64,000 nucleotides of DNA. Source: Gemmatimonadota bacterium (GTDB lineage: Bacteria; Gemmatimonadota; Gemmatimonadetes; Gemmatimonadales; GWC2-71-9). Each line of letters begins with the position of its first letter. The stretch's first letter is position 1. Positions 22,646-31,618 of this stretch are shown piece after piece. The translations under genes and the position numbers were made by a program. Below the pieces are notes generated by a model that saw only the letters and a program-made list of their open reading frames with translations, searched no databases and was not told where the DNA came from. The DNA lies in NCBI GenBank assembly GCA_041487875.1, contig JBGPOE010000006.1, positions 11,913 through 75,912 on the forward strand, given 5' to 3'.

Positions 22646-24836
22646 GGTGTCCGTCGGTTCGATACGTGATGGTGCCGTCCCGGTCGGTGCGCAGCACCGG
22701 GATGCCGTGTCGCGCCAGCCGCTCCAGCACTTCCGGCGCGGGGTGGCCGTAGTTGTTCCGGGCGCCGACCGAAATCACGGCGAGCCCCGGCTCGAGCTCG
22801 TCGAGCCACGCGTCACCCGTCGCGCTGCGCGATCCGTGGTGGCCGACCTTGAGCACGGCCACCGCACCCACTGTCCCCGCGAGCCGCGCCTCGACCGGCA
22901 GCCCCGCGTCGGCCATGAGCACGAGGCGCGTCGCCCCGTAGGTCACCAGGAGGACGACGCCGTGTTCGTTCACTTGCACCGGCGCCGTCATCCACGCGGT
23001 GTCGGGACTCAACACCTGCAGCGTGACCGAATCGAGCGTGATGCGATCGCCCGCGCGCGCGGGGTGCCAACTGGCGCCTGACGCCTCCACGGCCGCGAGC
23101 CACTCGAGGTAGAGCGGCCGTCCCAGCGGCTCGCCCGGCTCGAGCACCAAGCGCGGCGGAAAGGCAGCGATCACCGCGGGCAAGCCGCCCAGGTGATCGG
23201 CGTCGCCGTGCGTCGCCACCACCACCGCCAGACTTTCGACGCCCTGGCGTCGCAGGAACGGCACCACCACCCGCCGCCCCGCATCGGCCTGCGGCGTGCG
23301 CGGCCCGCCGTCCACCTCGATCCAGCGTCCCGCGGGCGTACGCAACACGATGGCGTCGCCTTGCCCCACGTCCAGGAAATGTACGGTAAGACAACGGCAA
23401 TCGTCGAGTGACCGAGCGTTGAACGCCCATGCCCAGAGCCCGATCGTCACCGCGAACAGCGACCGCGCAGCGATGAGCCAGGGCCGGCGCGGCGAGTGCC
23501 ACAGCCACCACGCGGCCGCGGCCACGCCCAGCCACGCCGCGGCGGCGGACCAGCCCGCTGGGCCGACCCAGTGACCGCCCGGCACCGCCGCGCCCGCTTG
23601 GGCGACGAGATCGATCAGCTCGAGCCCGAGCCCCGCGCCCGCGGCGAGGAGGCGCGCCGCTCCCGACCACAGCGGCGCGAGGCCGAGAGAAAACACGAGT
23701 CCCGGCACCGCGATTCCCGCGAGCGGCACCGCCACGAGATTCGAGAGCACCCCGATCGGCGCCACGGTCCCGAACGCGAACGCGCTGATCGGCGCCGTGC
23801 CGATGGTCGCGGCGGCGGCCGGACCCACCGCTCGCAGCCACACCGGAGCCCGCGCGAGCGCGCGGCCGGCCCACGAGACCGCGGCGACTGCCGCCACCGA
23901 CAGCCACGCGCCGACGGACCGCGCGGCCCAGGGGTCCCCCAGCATCACGGCGAGCGCCGCAAGCGCGAGCGTCGCATGGGGTGCCACGACCCGCTCGCGC
24001 GCCCGCGCGATCCCGGCGAGACCCAGCAAGACGGCCGCCCGCGTGGCGGGCGCCGGGAATCCCAGCAACCAGACGTAGGCGAATGCCAGCCACGCCGCGC
24101 CCAAGAGCCGCCAGCGGGGCGGCACGCCCGCGCGCTTCAAGAACAGCGCGAGCCATCCGGCGAGAAAGCCGACGTGCAATCCGGAGATGGCGAGCAGGTG
24201 CGCGAGCCCGGCGCGCGCGAACCGCTCGCGCAGCGCGGGGTCGAGCTCGGCGCGTCGCGCCAGCACGAGCGCATCCACCAGCGGCGCGCGCGTGCCGAAC
24301 AGCTCGGCCGAGCGGGCCGCGAGCCGGTCGCGCAACGCGCCCCGCCCGCGCGCGCGGGCCTCGAGCAGTCGCACGCGCCGCGCCACCAACACGCCGCGCG
24401 CCGCGTCGCCCGCGTAGCGGCCCGCGGCGATCCACCCGGTGCCGCCGCGAGCCGCGTGCCCTTGCGGCCAGCGCAGGTCGAGCGCGCCGCCGCACGCGGG
24501 CGCGAGCACGGCGCCGCCCGTGATCCCGCCCTGATCCGACACCGGATCGACGAGCTGGATCACCACCGCGACGGTCGCGCCCGTTCCCCCTTCCCCCTTC
24601 CCCCTTCCCCATCTTCCCGCGCACGTCGCCGCCCGCCGCGCGAGCGCCGCCTCGCCCCACAGCAGGCCCGCGGCCGCGGCGAGCCCCAGCGCCGCGCCAA
24701 CGGGCGCACGTCGCGCGAGCACCGCCGCTCCCGCGAGCAGCGGCAGACCCACGTACCACGCGCCGCGCACCGGCTCGAGCCCCAGCCAGAGCCCGGCCGC
24801 GAAAGCGATTGTGATCCAGAGAATCGGCGGCCGCAT
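22614..24836 (-). CDS. comEC: DNA internalization-related competence protein ComEC/Rec2 (with metallo-beta-lactamase domain)
   Basis: ORF 22614..24836, 740 aa. Polytopic membrane core plus a C-terminal MBL domain (VHFLDVGQGDAIVL, ATHGDADHLGG, GHHGS). Confidence 0.9.
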   Translation of the reverse strand: MRPPILWITIAFAAGLWLGLEPVRGAWYVGLPLLAGAAVLARRAPVGAALGLAAAAGLLWGEAALARRAATCAGRWGRGKGEGGTGATVAVVIQLVDPVSDQGGITGGAVLAPACGGALDLRWPQGHAARGGTGWIAAGRYAGDAARGVLVARRVRLLEARARGRGALRDRLAARSAELFGTRAPLVDALVLARRAELDPALRERFARAGLAHLLAISGLHVGFLAGWLALFLKRAGVPPRWRLLGAAWLAFAYVWLLGFPAPATRAAVLLGLAGIARARERVVAPHATLALAALAVMLGDPWAARSVGAWLSVAAVAAVSWAGRALARAPVWLRAVGPAAAATIGTAPISAFAFGTVAPIGVLSNLVAVPLAGIAVPGLVFSLGLAPLWSGAARLLAAGAGLGLELIDLVAQAGAAVPGGHWVGPAGWSAAAAWLGVAAAAWWLWHSPRRPWLIAARSLFAVTIGLWAWAFNARSLDDCRCLTVHFLDVGQGDAIVLRTPAGRWIEVDGGPRTPQADAGRRVVVPFLRRQGVESLAVVVATHGDADHLGGLPAVIAAFPPRLVLEPGEPLGRPLYLEWLAAVEASGASWHPARAGDRITLDSVTLQVLSPDTAWMTAPVQVNEHGVVLLVTYGATRLVLMADAGLPVEARLAGTVGAVAVLKVGHHGSRSATGDAWLDELEPGLAVISVGARNNYGHPAPEVLERLARHGIPVLRTDRDGTITYRTDGHRAFTDIGHHD
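24584..24610. repeat. Heptanucleotide tandem repeat (TTCCCCC x3.9; GGGGGAA on the coding strand) inside comEC
   Basis: Read directly: TTCCCCC TTCCCCC TTCCCCC TTCCCC. Encodes RGKGEGG in ComEC. By hand alignment, 26 of 27 nt are identical to 40967..40993. Confidence 0.85.
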
Positions 24837-24853
24837 CGGGCCGCCTCAGCGGA

Positions 24854-25135
24854 TTACGGCAGGCGCAGCGGCGTGGCGCCGCAGCGCGGGGAGAGCCCCA
24901 CGCGCCGGAAGCCATCGATCAACACCACGGACAGCTTGGCGCGCTCCTGATCCGAGCCGAGCGACAGCTCGGTGAGCACCTCGCCCTGGCGGGTCGAGAC
25001 GTAGTGCGGCGTCAGCCGGTTGAGGGCGTAAATCAGCACGTCCCCCTTGCAGGTATCGCACCCGCAGAACCCGGGGAACTGCGGACGCAGCGTCTGGTAC
25101 TCGCGCTGCGCCACTTCCCACGCCACGTTCGTCAC
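24854..25135 (-). CDS. ComFB-family (late competence development) protein
   Basis: Last 93 codons of ORF 24854..25981: VTNVAWEVAQREYQTLRPQFPGFCGCDTCKGDVLIYALNRLTPHYV (ComFB signature). GTG 25133-25135 overlaps the miaB stop (GTGA). Confidence 0.8.
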   Translation of the reverse strand: MTNVAWEVAQREYQTLRPQFPGFCGCDTCKGDVLIYALNRLTPHYVSTRQGEVLTELSLGSDQERAKLSVVLIDGFRRVGLSPRCGATPLRLP

Positions 25136-26454
25136 CCCACGACGGCCAACTCCTGCTCCAGCGGCCGGCCCGCGAACGTGCTGCCGGTCGTGCCGGTGAA
25201 GCGCACCTGGCGGTACGTACCGATCCACTCGTCGGGCCCCGGGACGAGGCACACTTTGTTGGTGCGGGTGCGGCCTTGCAGCAGGTCGCCGCGCTTGGCC
25301 CGGCCTTCGACCAGCACCTCGTGCGTGGTGCCGACGAGCGCGGCGTTCTTGCCGCGCGCGACGCCGCGCACCAAGGCGATGAGCCGCTCCAGCCGCTCGC
25401 CTGCGACGTCGTCCGGCACGGTGTCCTGGAGTTTCGTGGCGGGCGTGCCGTCGCGCGGGGAGAACTTGAAGGTGTAGGCGTCGTCGAAGCCCACCGCTTC
25501 CGCCAGCGAACACGTCTCCAGGAAATCGTCTTCGGTCTCGCCCGGGAAGCCGACGATGATGTCGGTCGAAAGCGCGATCCCGGCGACGGCGGCGCGCAGC
25601 GCCGCGACGACTTCGAGATAGCGCTCGCGCGAGTACCGGCGCAGCATGCGCTTGAGCGTGCGGCTGCTGCCACTCTGCACCGGCAGGTGCACGTGCTCGC
25701 AGACCGCGCGCGTCTCGGCCATCGCGGCGAGCACCCGCGCGGTGAAGTCGGTGGGATAGGGCGACGTGAACCGCACGCGGCGGACGCCCGCCACGGCGCC
25801 CACCGCCCGCAGCAGGTCGGCGAAATCGTGCGTGCCGTCGGTGTAGCTGTTGACCGTCTGGCCAAGGAGCGTGACCTCCGAGGTGCCCTGGGCGGCGAGA
25901 CCCTCGACCTCCCGCACCACATCGGCCAACATGCGACTGCGTTCGGCGCCGCGCGTCATCGGAACGACGCAGAACGTGCATCGGTAATCGCAGCCGCGCT
26001 GCACCGTCACGAACGCCGAGACGGGATCGCCCCGTACCGGCGGCACGTCCTCATAGTGCTCCCAGCTCTTGAACTCGACCGCCGCCGTCCGCTCGCCCGC
26101 GCGCGCCCGAGCGATCAGCGCCGGCAGGCCGCGGTAGCCGTCCGGCCCGATCACCAGATCCACCTGCGGCACCCGCTCGAGCAGCGTCGGCCCGAGCCGC
26201 TGGGCCATGCAGCCCACCACGCCGAGCACGTCCCCGGGACGCTTGTGGCGTTTCAGCTCGCCCATCCGGCCCAGCACACGCTGCTCGGCGTGGTCGCGCA
26301 CCGCACAGGTATTCACGAGCATCACGTCGGCCAGCGCGGGATCGTCCGTGCGCACATAGCCCTCGCGCCCCAGCACCCCGAACATCAGCTCGGAGTCCGA
26401 GACGTTCATCTGGCAGCCGTAGGTCTCGATGTAGATGCGCGGCATGGGCCTCAC
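25132..26454 (-). CDS. miaB: tRNA-2-methylthio-N6-dimethylallyladenosine synthase
   Basis: ORF 25132..26454, 440 aa: IYIETYGCQMNVSDSE and radical-SAM CDYRCTFCVVP. The start is either GTG 26452-26454 (GTGA overlap) or ATG 26443-26445. Confidence 0.93.
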   Translation of the reverse strand: MRPMPRIYIETYGCQMNVSDSELMFGVLGREGYVRTDDPALADVMLVNTCAVRDHAEQRVLGRMGELKRHKRPGDVLGVVGCMAQRLGPTLLERVPQVDLVIGPDGYRGLPALIARARAGERTAAVEFKSWEHYEDVPPVRGDPVSAFVTVQRGCDYRCTFCVVPMTRGAERSRMLADVVREVEGLAAQGTSEVTLLGQTVNSYTDGTHDFADLLRAVGAVAGVRRVRFTSPYPTDFTARVLAAMAETRAVCEHVHLPVQSGSSRTLKRMLRRYSRERYLEVVAALRAAVAGIALSTDIIVGFPGETEDDFLETCSLAEAVGFDDAYTFKFSPRDGTPATKLQDTVPDDVAGERLERLIALVRGVARGKNAALVGTTHEVLVEGRAKRGDLLQGRTRTNKVCLVPGPDEWIGTYRQVRFTGTTGSTFAGRPLEQELAVVG

Positions 26455-27665
26455 ACGGTCACGGGCAGGCGGGCGCGGCCGTCCCAGGAGTCGACAGGAA
26501 GATAGACCGAGAGGTAATCCTCCGTCAGCACCTCCACGCGGCCCTGCTGCCGGCTCGTGACCACGCCGTCCGCCTGGCTCCCTGTGCGAGTCTGGCGGTG
26601 GGCCTCCGCCTTGCGCTCGCCCAGGTCGCGCAGCTCGCGCGCGCGGCGGGCGCGCACGGGTGCCGGAATCGCCTCGCCCAACCGCGCGGCGGGGGCGTCG
26701 GGCCGCACGCTGAACGGGAAGACGTGGAGGTAGGTGAAAGGCAACGCGTCGATTAGCGCGAGGGTCGCGCGGTGATCGTCGTCGGTCTCACCCGGAAAAC
26801 CGGCGATCACGTCGGCGCCAAGTCCGAAGACGGGCAACCGCTCCGCCAGCCCTTCAAGCCGCGCGCGGTAAGACTCGGCCGTGTACCAGTGCCGCCCCAT
26901 GCGCTTCAAGACGCGGTTCGATCCCGATTGCAGCGGCGCGTGCAGGTGCGCGGCGAGGTGGCGCGGCGCCTCGCTGAGCAGCCGCGCGATCGTGTCGTCC
27001 ACTTCGGTGGCTTCGATCGACGAGAGACGAAACCGAACGTGGGGCACGCCGGCAATGAGAGACTCGAGCAACGTGCCCAAGGTGCGTGGTGCGCGGTGCG
27101 TGGTTGCGTCCTGGCCATACGTACCGATGTGGACACCGGTCAACACGATCTCCGCGTGGTGCTGGCCCAACGCCTGCGCTGCGGCCACGAGCTCCGCCAC
27201 GGGCCGCGAGCGGTTCGCGCCGCGGGCGAGGGTGGTGGCGCAAAACGTGCAATGCTCGTCGCAGCCGTCCTGGATCTTGAGCCAACCTCGGCAGCTCGCG
27301 GCAAAGCGCCGCAGGATCGGATCGACCCGGGGCCGCTCGTACCCCGCGGCCTGCAGCACCGCCGCGGGGTCCGCGCCGCCGACCACCGCCCCCACCGACG
27401 GCAACCGGGCGATGGTCCCGTCGTCCAACGCCGCCGCGCAACCCATCACGACGGTGCGCAACGCCGGTCGGCGCCCGAGGCGGCGCACGAGGCTCCGCAG
27501 CTTCTGCTCGCTCGTGGCGGTGACCGTGCAAGAGTTGACCACGGCGACGTCGGCCTGCGCGGGATCGTCCACCACCGTGGCGCCCTGGTCGGTGAACGCC
27601 TGACGCACCGCTTCGGTATCGTATTGATTCGCTTTGCAGCCGAACGTGTGGAAGAAGACGTTCAC
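26451..27665 (-). CDS. mtaB: tRNA methylthiotransferase, MtaB-like
   Basis: ORF 26451..27665, 404 aa: FFHTFGCKANQYDTEA and radical-SAM CDEHCTFCATT. GTG start overlaps the upstream stop (GTGA). Confidence 0.85.
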   Translation of the reverse strand: MNVFFHTFGCKANQYDTEAVRQAFTDQGATVVDDPAQADVAVVNSCTVTATSEQKLRSLVRRLGRRPALRTVVMGCAAALDDGTIARLPSVGAVVGGADPAAVLQAAGYERPRVDPILRRFAASCRGWLKIQDGCDEHCTFCATTLARGANRSRPVAELVAAAQALGQHHAEIVLTGVHIGTYGQDATTHRAPRTLGTLLESLIAGVPHVRFRLSSIEATEVDDTIARLLSEAPRHLAAHLHAPLQSGSNRVLKRMGRHWYTAESYRARLEGLAERLPVFGLGADVIAGFPGETDDDHRATLALIDALPFTYLHVFPFSVRPDAPAARLGEAIPAPVRARRARELRDLGERKAEAHRQTRTGSQADGVVTSRQQGRVEVLTEDYLSVYLPVDSWDGRARLPVTV

Positions 27666-28768
27666 GGCCGGACGATGAGACCCATGAGCAGAGTCCAGCC
27701 GCTCTCCTTCAGACCGCCGCCCGAGCGCGAGACGCGCTCCAAACCGAAGTCCAGCCGGCCGCGTCCTTCGGCAAAGCTCTTCCCCGTCCCGAGCGCCATG
27801 CCGAACTCGGTCGGCGCCTGACCGCCCGGCCCGAACGGCAGCTGGCCGCCGCGCATGCCCACACGCAGCGGGAACGTCTCACCGCCCAGCTCCGCGCCTA
27901 CCGACCACTCGAAGGTGTTGTACGCGTTCGCGCCCGCGACCGACCAATCGCGCCGCGTGGCCGAGGCCGCGAGCCGCGCCGTGGGACGGAGCGCCCACCG
28001 TACTCCGACGGCGAGCGTGGTGGGCAGGTCGTGGCGCGCGGTCTCGGTGCCGCCAACCTTGGCGCGCAACCGGGAGTCCGTCCGATACAGCGCCGCCACG
28101 CGCAGCGCGGGCAGCGGGTCGAACAGCGCGCTGGCGCTGAAGCCCCAACCGTCGTACTGCGTTTCCCCCACCTGCCGGGTGTTGCGGTAGAGATTCGAAT
28201 CGGCGAAGAAGCGCGACGTGTGCTCGCGCGTAGATCCCGTGAGCGCGTGGATGCCGAACCCCACGGCGAGTCGCGGCGACAGCCGTTCGGCTGCGGCTAG
28301 GCGCATGTCCGTCACGCCGCCGTCGCTCGCCTGTTCGTCGGTGACGGGCTCGGACAAGCCGCGCAGGGTGAGCGTGTCGTGCGTGACGACGTCCCAGGAG
28401 CGGTTCAAGTAGGTCGAGAAGCCGCCGCCGATCACGAGGTGATGTCCCACGGGGCCGCCGACCGTGAACGCCGGGAACCGCGTGGTGCGGAGCGACAGGG
28501 TGCCGGTCGCGAACTCGGGACGCGTGTAGGACGCCGCCGCCTGGGCCGACGCCGTCAGCTGGCCCAGGTCGGCGAGGGCCACGTCGGCGAAAGGCGAAAG
28601 CGGATCGAACAAGGCCATCGCGCCACCCGTGGTGCGGGCACGCACGCTCTCCCGCCGGCCCGGCATGCCGAGACCGGCGATGCCGAACTGCGAGTCCTGG
28701 GCGCGGCCTGGCGGTGCGGCGGCGAGTGACAGGACGGCGAGCAACAGACCGGCGCGGCGCGGGCTCAT
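27662..28768 (-). CDS. Predicted outer-membrane beta-barrel protein (hypothetical)
   Basis: ORF 27662..28768, 368 aa. Signal peptide MSPRRAGLLLAVLSLAAAPPGRAQD, then Gly/Thr/aromatic-rich alternating segments. Confidence 0.65.
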   Translation of the reverse strand: MSPRRAGLLLAVLSLAAAPPGRAQDSQFGIAGLGMPGRRESVRARTTGGAMALFDPLSPFADVALADLGQLTASAQAAASYTRPEFATGTLSLRTTRFPAFTVGGPVGHHLVIGGGFSTYLNRSWDVVTHDTLTLRGLSEPVTDEQASDGGVTDMRLAAAERLSPRLAVGFGIHALTGSTREHTSRFFADSNLYRNTRQVGETQYDGWGFSASALFDPLPALRVAALYRTDSRLRAKVGGTETARHDLPTTLAVGVRWALRPTARLAASATRRDWSVAGANAYNTFEWSVGAELGGETFPLRVGMRGGQLPFGPGGQAPTEFGMALGTGKSFAEGRGRLDFGLERVSRSGGGLKESGWTLLMGLIVRP

Positions 28769-30072
28769 TGGTGGCCGAACTTGAAGCGGGGGATGTAGGT
28801 GATGCGCAGTGCCGGCCGCAGCGCCGGATTACGCGACGAGTAGAATCGTATCTCCTCGAGCGTGCCGCCCTCGAACGTGGTGGCGAGGTCGCCGCGGGAG
28901 AGCAGGCGGAGCATGATCGCCTGCGGAGCCGTGGTATCGGCCTGCCACAGGCGCACGATGGGCATCAACTCGAAGCGCACGGTATCGGTCGCGCCGATCC
29001 TGACGCCCGCGCTGTCGCCCACGGTGGAATCGCCGACGAAACGCGGGATGGCGAGCGGCGACTTGCCGCCGAAGTCCGCCTCGACCCGCTGCGCCTCGAC
29101 GACGAACGAATCCGATGCCACACCTTGCGCGGCCTGCGACGGCACGAGCAGCAAGGTCGCCCGGACGACGAAGCTCGAATCCCGGATGAAGCGCGGCAGG
29201 GCGATGCGCAGCAGGCTGCGCGCGGTGGGCATGCCGCCGACCGCGAGGTTCGTATCCAGCGCCGCGGCTTGCGGGTTCAACACGAAGCTGTGCGGCGACG
29301 GCGACAATCTCGTAACGGGCAGCGTGAGGGGCACCTTCTTGGCGGCAGAATCCGCCTCGAGATACCAGGTGAGCCCGGGCCCGACGTTCGCGGACCCCAC
29401 CGTGCTGATCGCGATGCTGGCCAGCGAATCGGCGGCCACCCGCAAGCCGAACGCCTGGCGCCCGCTGTCGGAGACGGCGAGCGGGACCTGGGCCGAGTCG
29501 AGCTTGAAGATCACGGTGAGTGCGTGATTCACCGTGTCCACCACGATGCTGTCACCGGTAAGCGTGTCGTGGTGGTTCGGCATCGCGAGCACGCTGTCCA
29601 CGTTGAGACTGTCGATCAGCGAGTCGGTGAACGCGCCCGCCACGTCCGCGAACGTCGTCGTCGAGTCGATCGTCTTCGGCATGTGGTACAGCTTCAGCCG
29701 CAGATTCGACGCCGTGGCCTCATAGCGCGCGATGTGAATGAACAGCTTGGCGGAGTCGACGTGCGTCACCGGCCAGTGCGTCGTGTCGGACCCGAAGGTG
29801 GTCGTGAGCGGAAAACCCGGCGCTGCCCAGATCGGCCGGCTGTCGACCCCCGGCAAGTTCGCCGCGAGCAGGACCGCCGCCTCGTGCGGCGCCACGAAGC
29901 CCCGGTACGACGAGTCGCGCGAGATGATCGTCGTGAGCATCGTGTCGCGGGTCTGCAGCGAGTCGCCCCCGGGGCAGAACCCGGGACACTGACCCGGCGT
30001 CGTGAGCCGGTCGGTGCACGCGCCGGCCACGACCGCGGCTGCGGCGACGAGAACTGCGAGGCGGCGCGTCAC
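28765..30072 (-). CDS. Predicted lipoprotein (hypothetical)
   Basis: 435-aa part of ORF 28765..30207 starting VTRRLAVLVAAAAVVAGAC (lipobox-like AGAC). GTG 30070-30072 overlaps the cdd stop (GTGA). No recognisable catalytic motif. Confidence 0.65.
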   Translation of the reverse strand: MTRRLAVLVAAAAVVAGACTDRLTTPGQCPGFCPGGDSLQTRDTMLTTIISRDSSYRGFVAPHEAAVLLAANLPGVDSRPIWAAPGFPLTTTFGSDTTHWPVTHVDSAKLFIHIARYEATASNLRLKLYHMPKTIDSTTTFADVAGAFTDSLIDSLNVDSVLAMPNHHDTLTGDSIVVDTVNHALTVIFKLDSAQVPLAVSDSGRQAFGLRVAADSLASIAISTVGSANVGPGLTWYLEADSAAKKVPLTLPVTRLSPSPHSFVLNPQAAALDTNLAVGGMPTARSLLRIALPRFIRDSSFVVRATLLLVPSQAAQGVASDSFVVEAQRVEADFGGKSPLAIPRFVGDSTVGDSAGVRIGATDTVRFELMPIVRLWQADTTAPQAIMLRLLSRGDLATTFEGGTLEEIRFYSSRNPALRPALRITYIPRFKFGHQ

Positions 30073-30458
30073 GTGCCGAGCGTCTCCCGGGTAAAGGCGT
30101 CCGGCAATAGTTGGCGCAGCGTCCAGCGGCGTTCGGTCGTCTTGCCCACCGCGATCACCTCGAAGTCGAGTCCAAATTCCGCGAGCAGCTGGCGACACGC
30201 GCCGCACGGCGCCGCCGGCGGATCCACATCGGTCGTCACGACGATGCGCCGGATCCCCCGCCCCCCGGCCGCGACCATCGCGCCAAGCGCCATCCGCTCG
30301 GCGCAGATGGTCAAGCCGTACGACGCGCTTTCCACGTTGCAGCCGGCGTAGGTCGCGCCGTCGGTCGCCTCGACCGCCGCCCCAACGTGAAAGTTGGAGT
30401 AGGGGCAGTGCGCGTGGCGCTGCGCCTCGCGCGCCACCGTCACGAGCGCGGCATTCAC
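30069..30458 (-). CDS. cdd: Cytidine deaminase
   Basis: ORF 30069..30458, 129 aa. Zinc motifs CAERMA and PCGACRQ. Confidence 0.93.
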   Translation of the reverse strand: MNAALVTVAREAQRHAHCPYSNFHVGAAVEATDGATYAGCNVESASYGLTICAERMALGAMVAAGGRGIRRIVVTTDVDPPAAPCGACRQLLAEFGLDFEVIAVGKTTERRWTLRQLLPDAFTRETLGT

Positions 30459-31618
30459 GCCGTCACCGCGCCCAGAAACGACGTCCCGGCGGCGAGCGGG
30501 GCGACGCCGAAGTACTCTGCCACGGTAGCGCCGAGATCGGCGAACGTCCGGCGCTCGCCCAGCGCCACCGGCTTGACGCGCGGCCCGAGCACCAGCACCG
30601 GCACCGCCTCGCGCGAGTGATCGGTCGAGGGCGTGGTCGGATCGTTGCCGTGGTCCGCCGTCAGGATGATCAGATCCTCTCCCTCGAGCCGCGCCGCGAG
30701 CCGCGGAATCCAGGCGTCCAGCTCGTGCAATCCCTTATGAAACCCCGGCACGTCGTTGCGGTGCCCCCACGTCTGGTCGAACTCGATCACGTTCACGAAG
30801 ATGAACCCGCTCTCGCGGGCGTCCAACGCTCGCTCGATCAACTCGTAGGCCCGGGCGTTGGTGGACGTGTGCTCGCTGGCGATGCTGCGCCCCGCGAAGA
30901 GATCGTCCACCTTGCCGATCCCCGTCCGGGCGATGCCGCGCTCGGCCAGCCGGTCGAGCAGCGTCGTCCCCGTGGGCGGGATCGAGAAGTCACGGCGGTT
31001 GGCCGTGCGCTCATACGACCCCGCCACCCCCACGAACGGCCGCGCGATCACGCGGCTCACCGCGTGCTCGCCCACCAGCAGCTCCCGCGCGGCCTGGCAG
31101 CCCCGGTACAGCTCCGCCAGCGGGACCGTGCCCTCGTGCGCCGCCACCTGGAAGACCGAATCGGCCGACGTGTACACGATCCACTTCCCGGTGCGCTGGT
31201 GCTCGGCGCCCAGCTCGGCGATGATCGCCGTCCCCGACGCCGCCTTGTTGCCGAGCCAGCCGCGCCCGCTGCGCCGCGCGAATTCGTCCAACAGCTCCCG
31301 CGGGAATCCCTTGGGATAGGTGCGGAACGGCCGCTCCAGCACCACGCCGCACATCTCCCAATGGCCGGTGGTCGAGTCCTTGCCCTGGGACACGGGCAGC
31401 GCCACACCATGCGCCGCGGTAGCACTGACCCCGGCCGCCAGCCCAGCGATGCTGCGACAACGACCCAGCCCCAGTCTTTCCAAGTGCGGCAGCTTCAGCC
31501 CACCGACCGCCCGCGCGACGTTGCCGAGCGTGTCCGATCCCGCGTCGCCGTACGCGGCCTGGTCGGGGCACGCGCCGATGCCCAAGCCATCGAGCACGAT
31601 GATCGCGGCGCGCTTCAT
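30455..31618 (-). CDS. deoB: Phosphopentomutase
   Basis: ORF 30455..31618, 387 aa: IIVLDGLGIG...GKDSTTGHWEM...ILTADHGNDPT. Confidence 0.9.
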   Translation of the reverse strand: MKRAAIIVLDGLGIGACPDQAAYGDAGSDTLGNVARAVGGLKLPHLERLGLGRCRSIAGLAAGVSATAAHGVALPVSQGKDSTTGHWEMCGVVLERPFRTYPKGFPRELLDEFARRSGRGWLGNKAASGTAIIAELGAEHQRTGKWIVYTSADSVFQVAAHEGTVPLAELYRGCQAARELLVGEHAVSRVIARPFVGVAGSYERTANRRDFSIPPTGTTLLDRLAERGIARTGIGKVDDLFAGRSIASEHTSTNARAYELIERALDARESGFIFVNVIEFDQTWGHRNDVPGFHKGLHELDAWIPRLAARLEGEDLIILTADHGNDPTTPSTDHSREAVPVLVLGPRVKPVALGERRTFADLGATVAEYFGVAPLAAGTSFLGAVTA

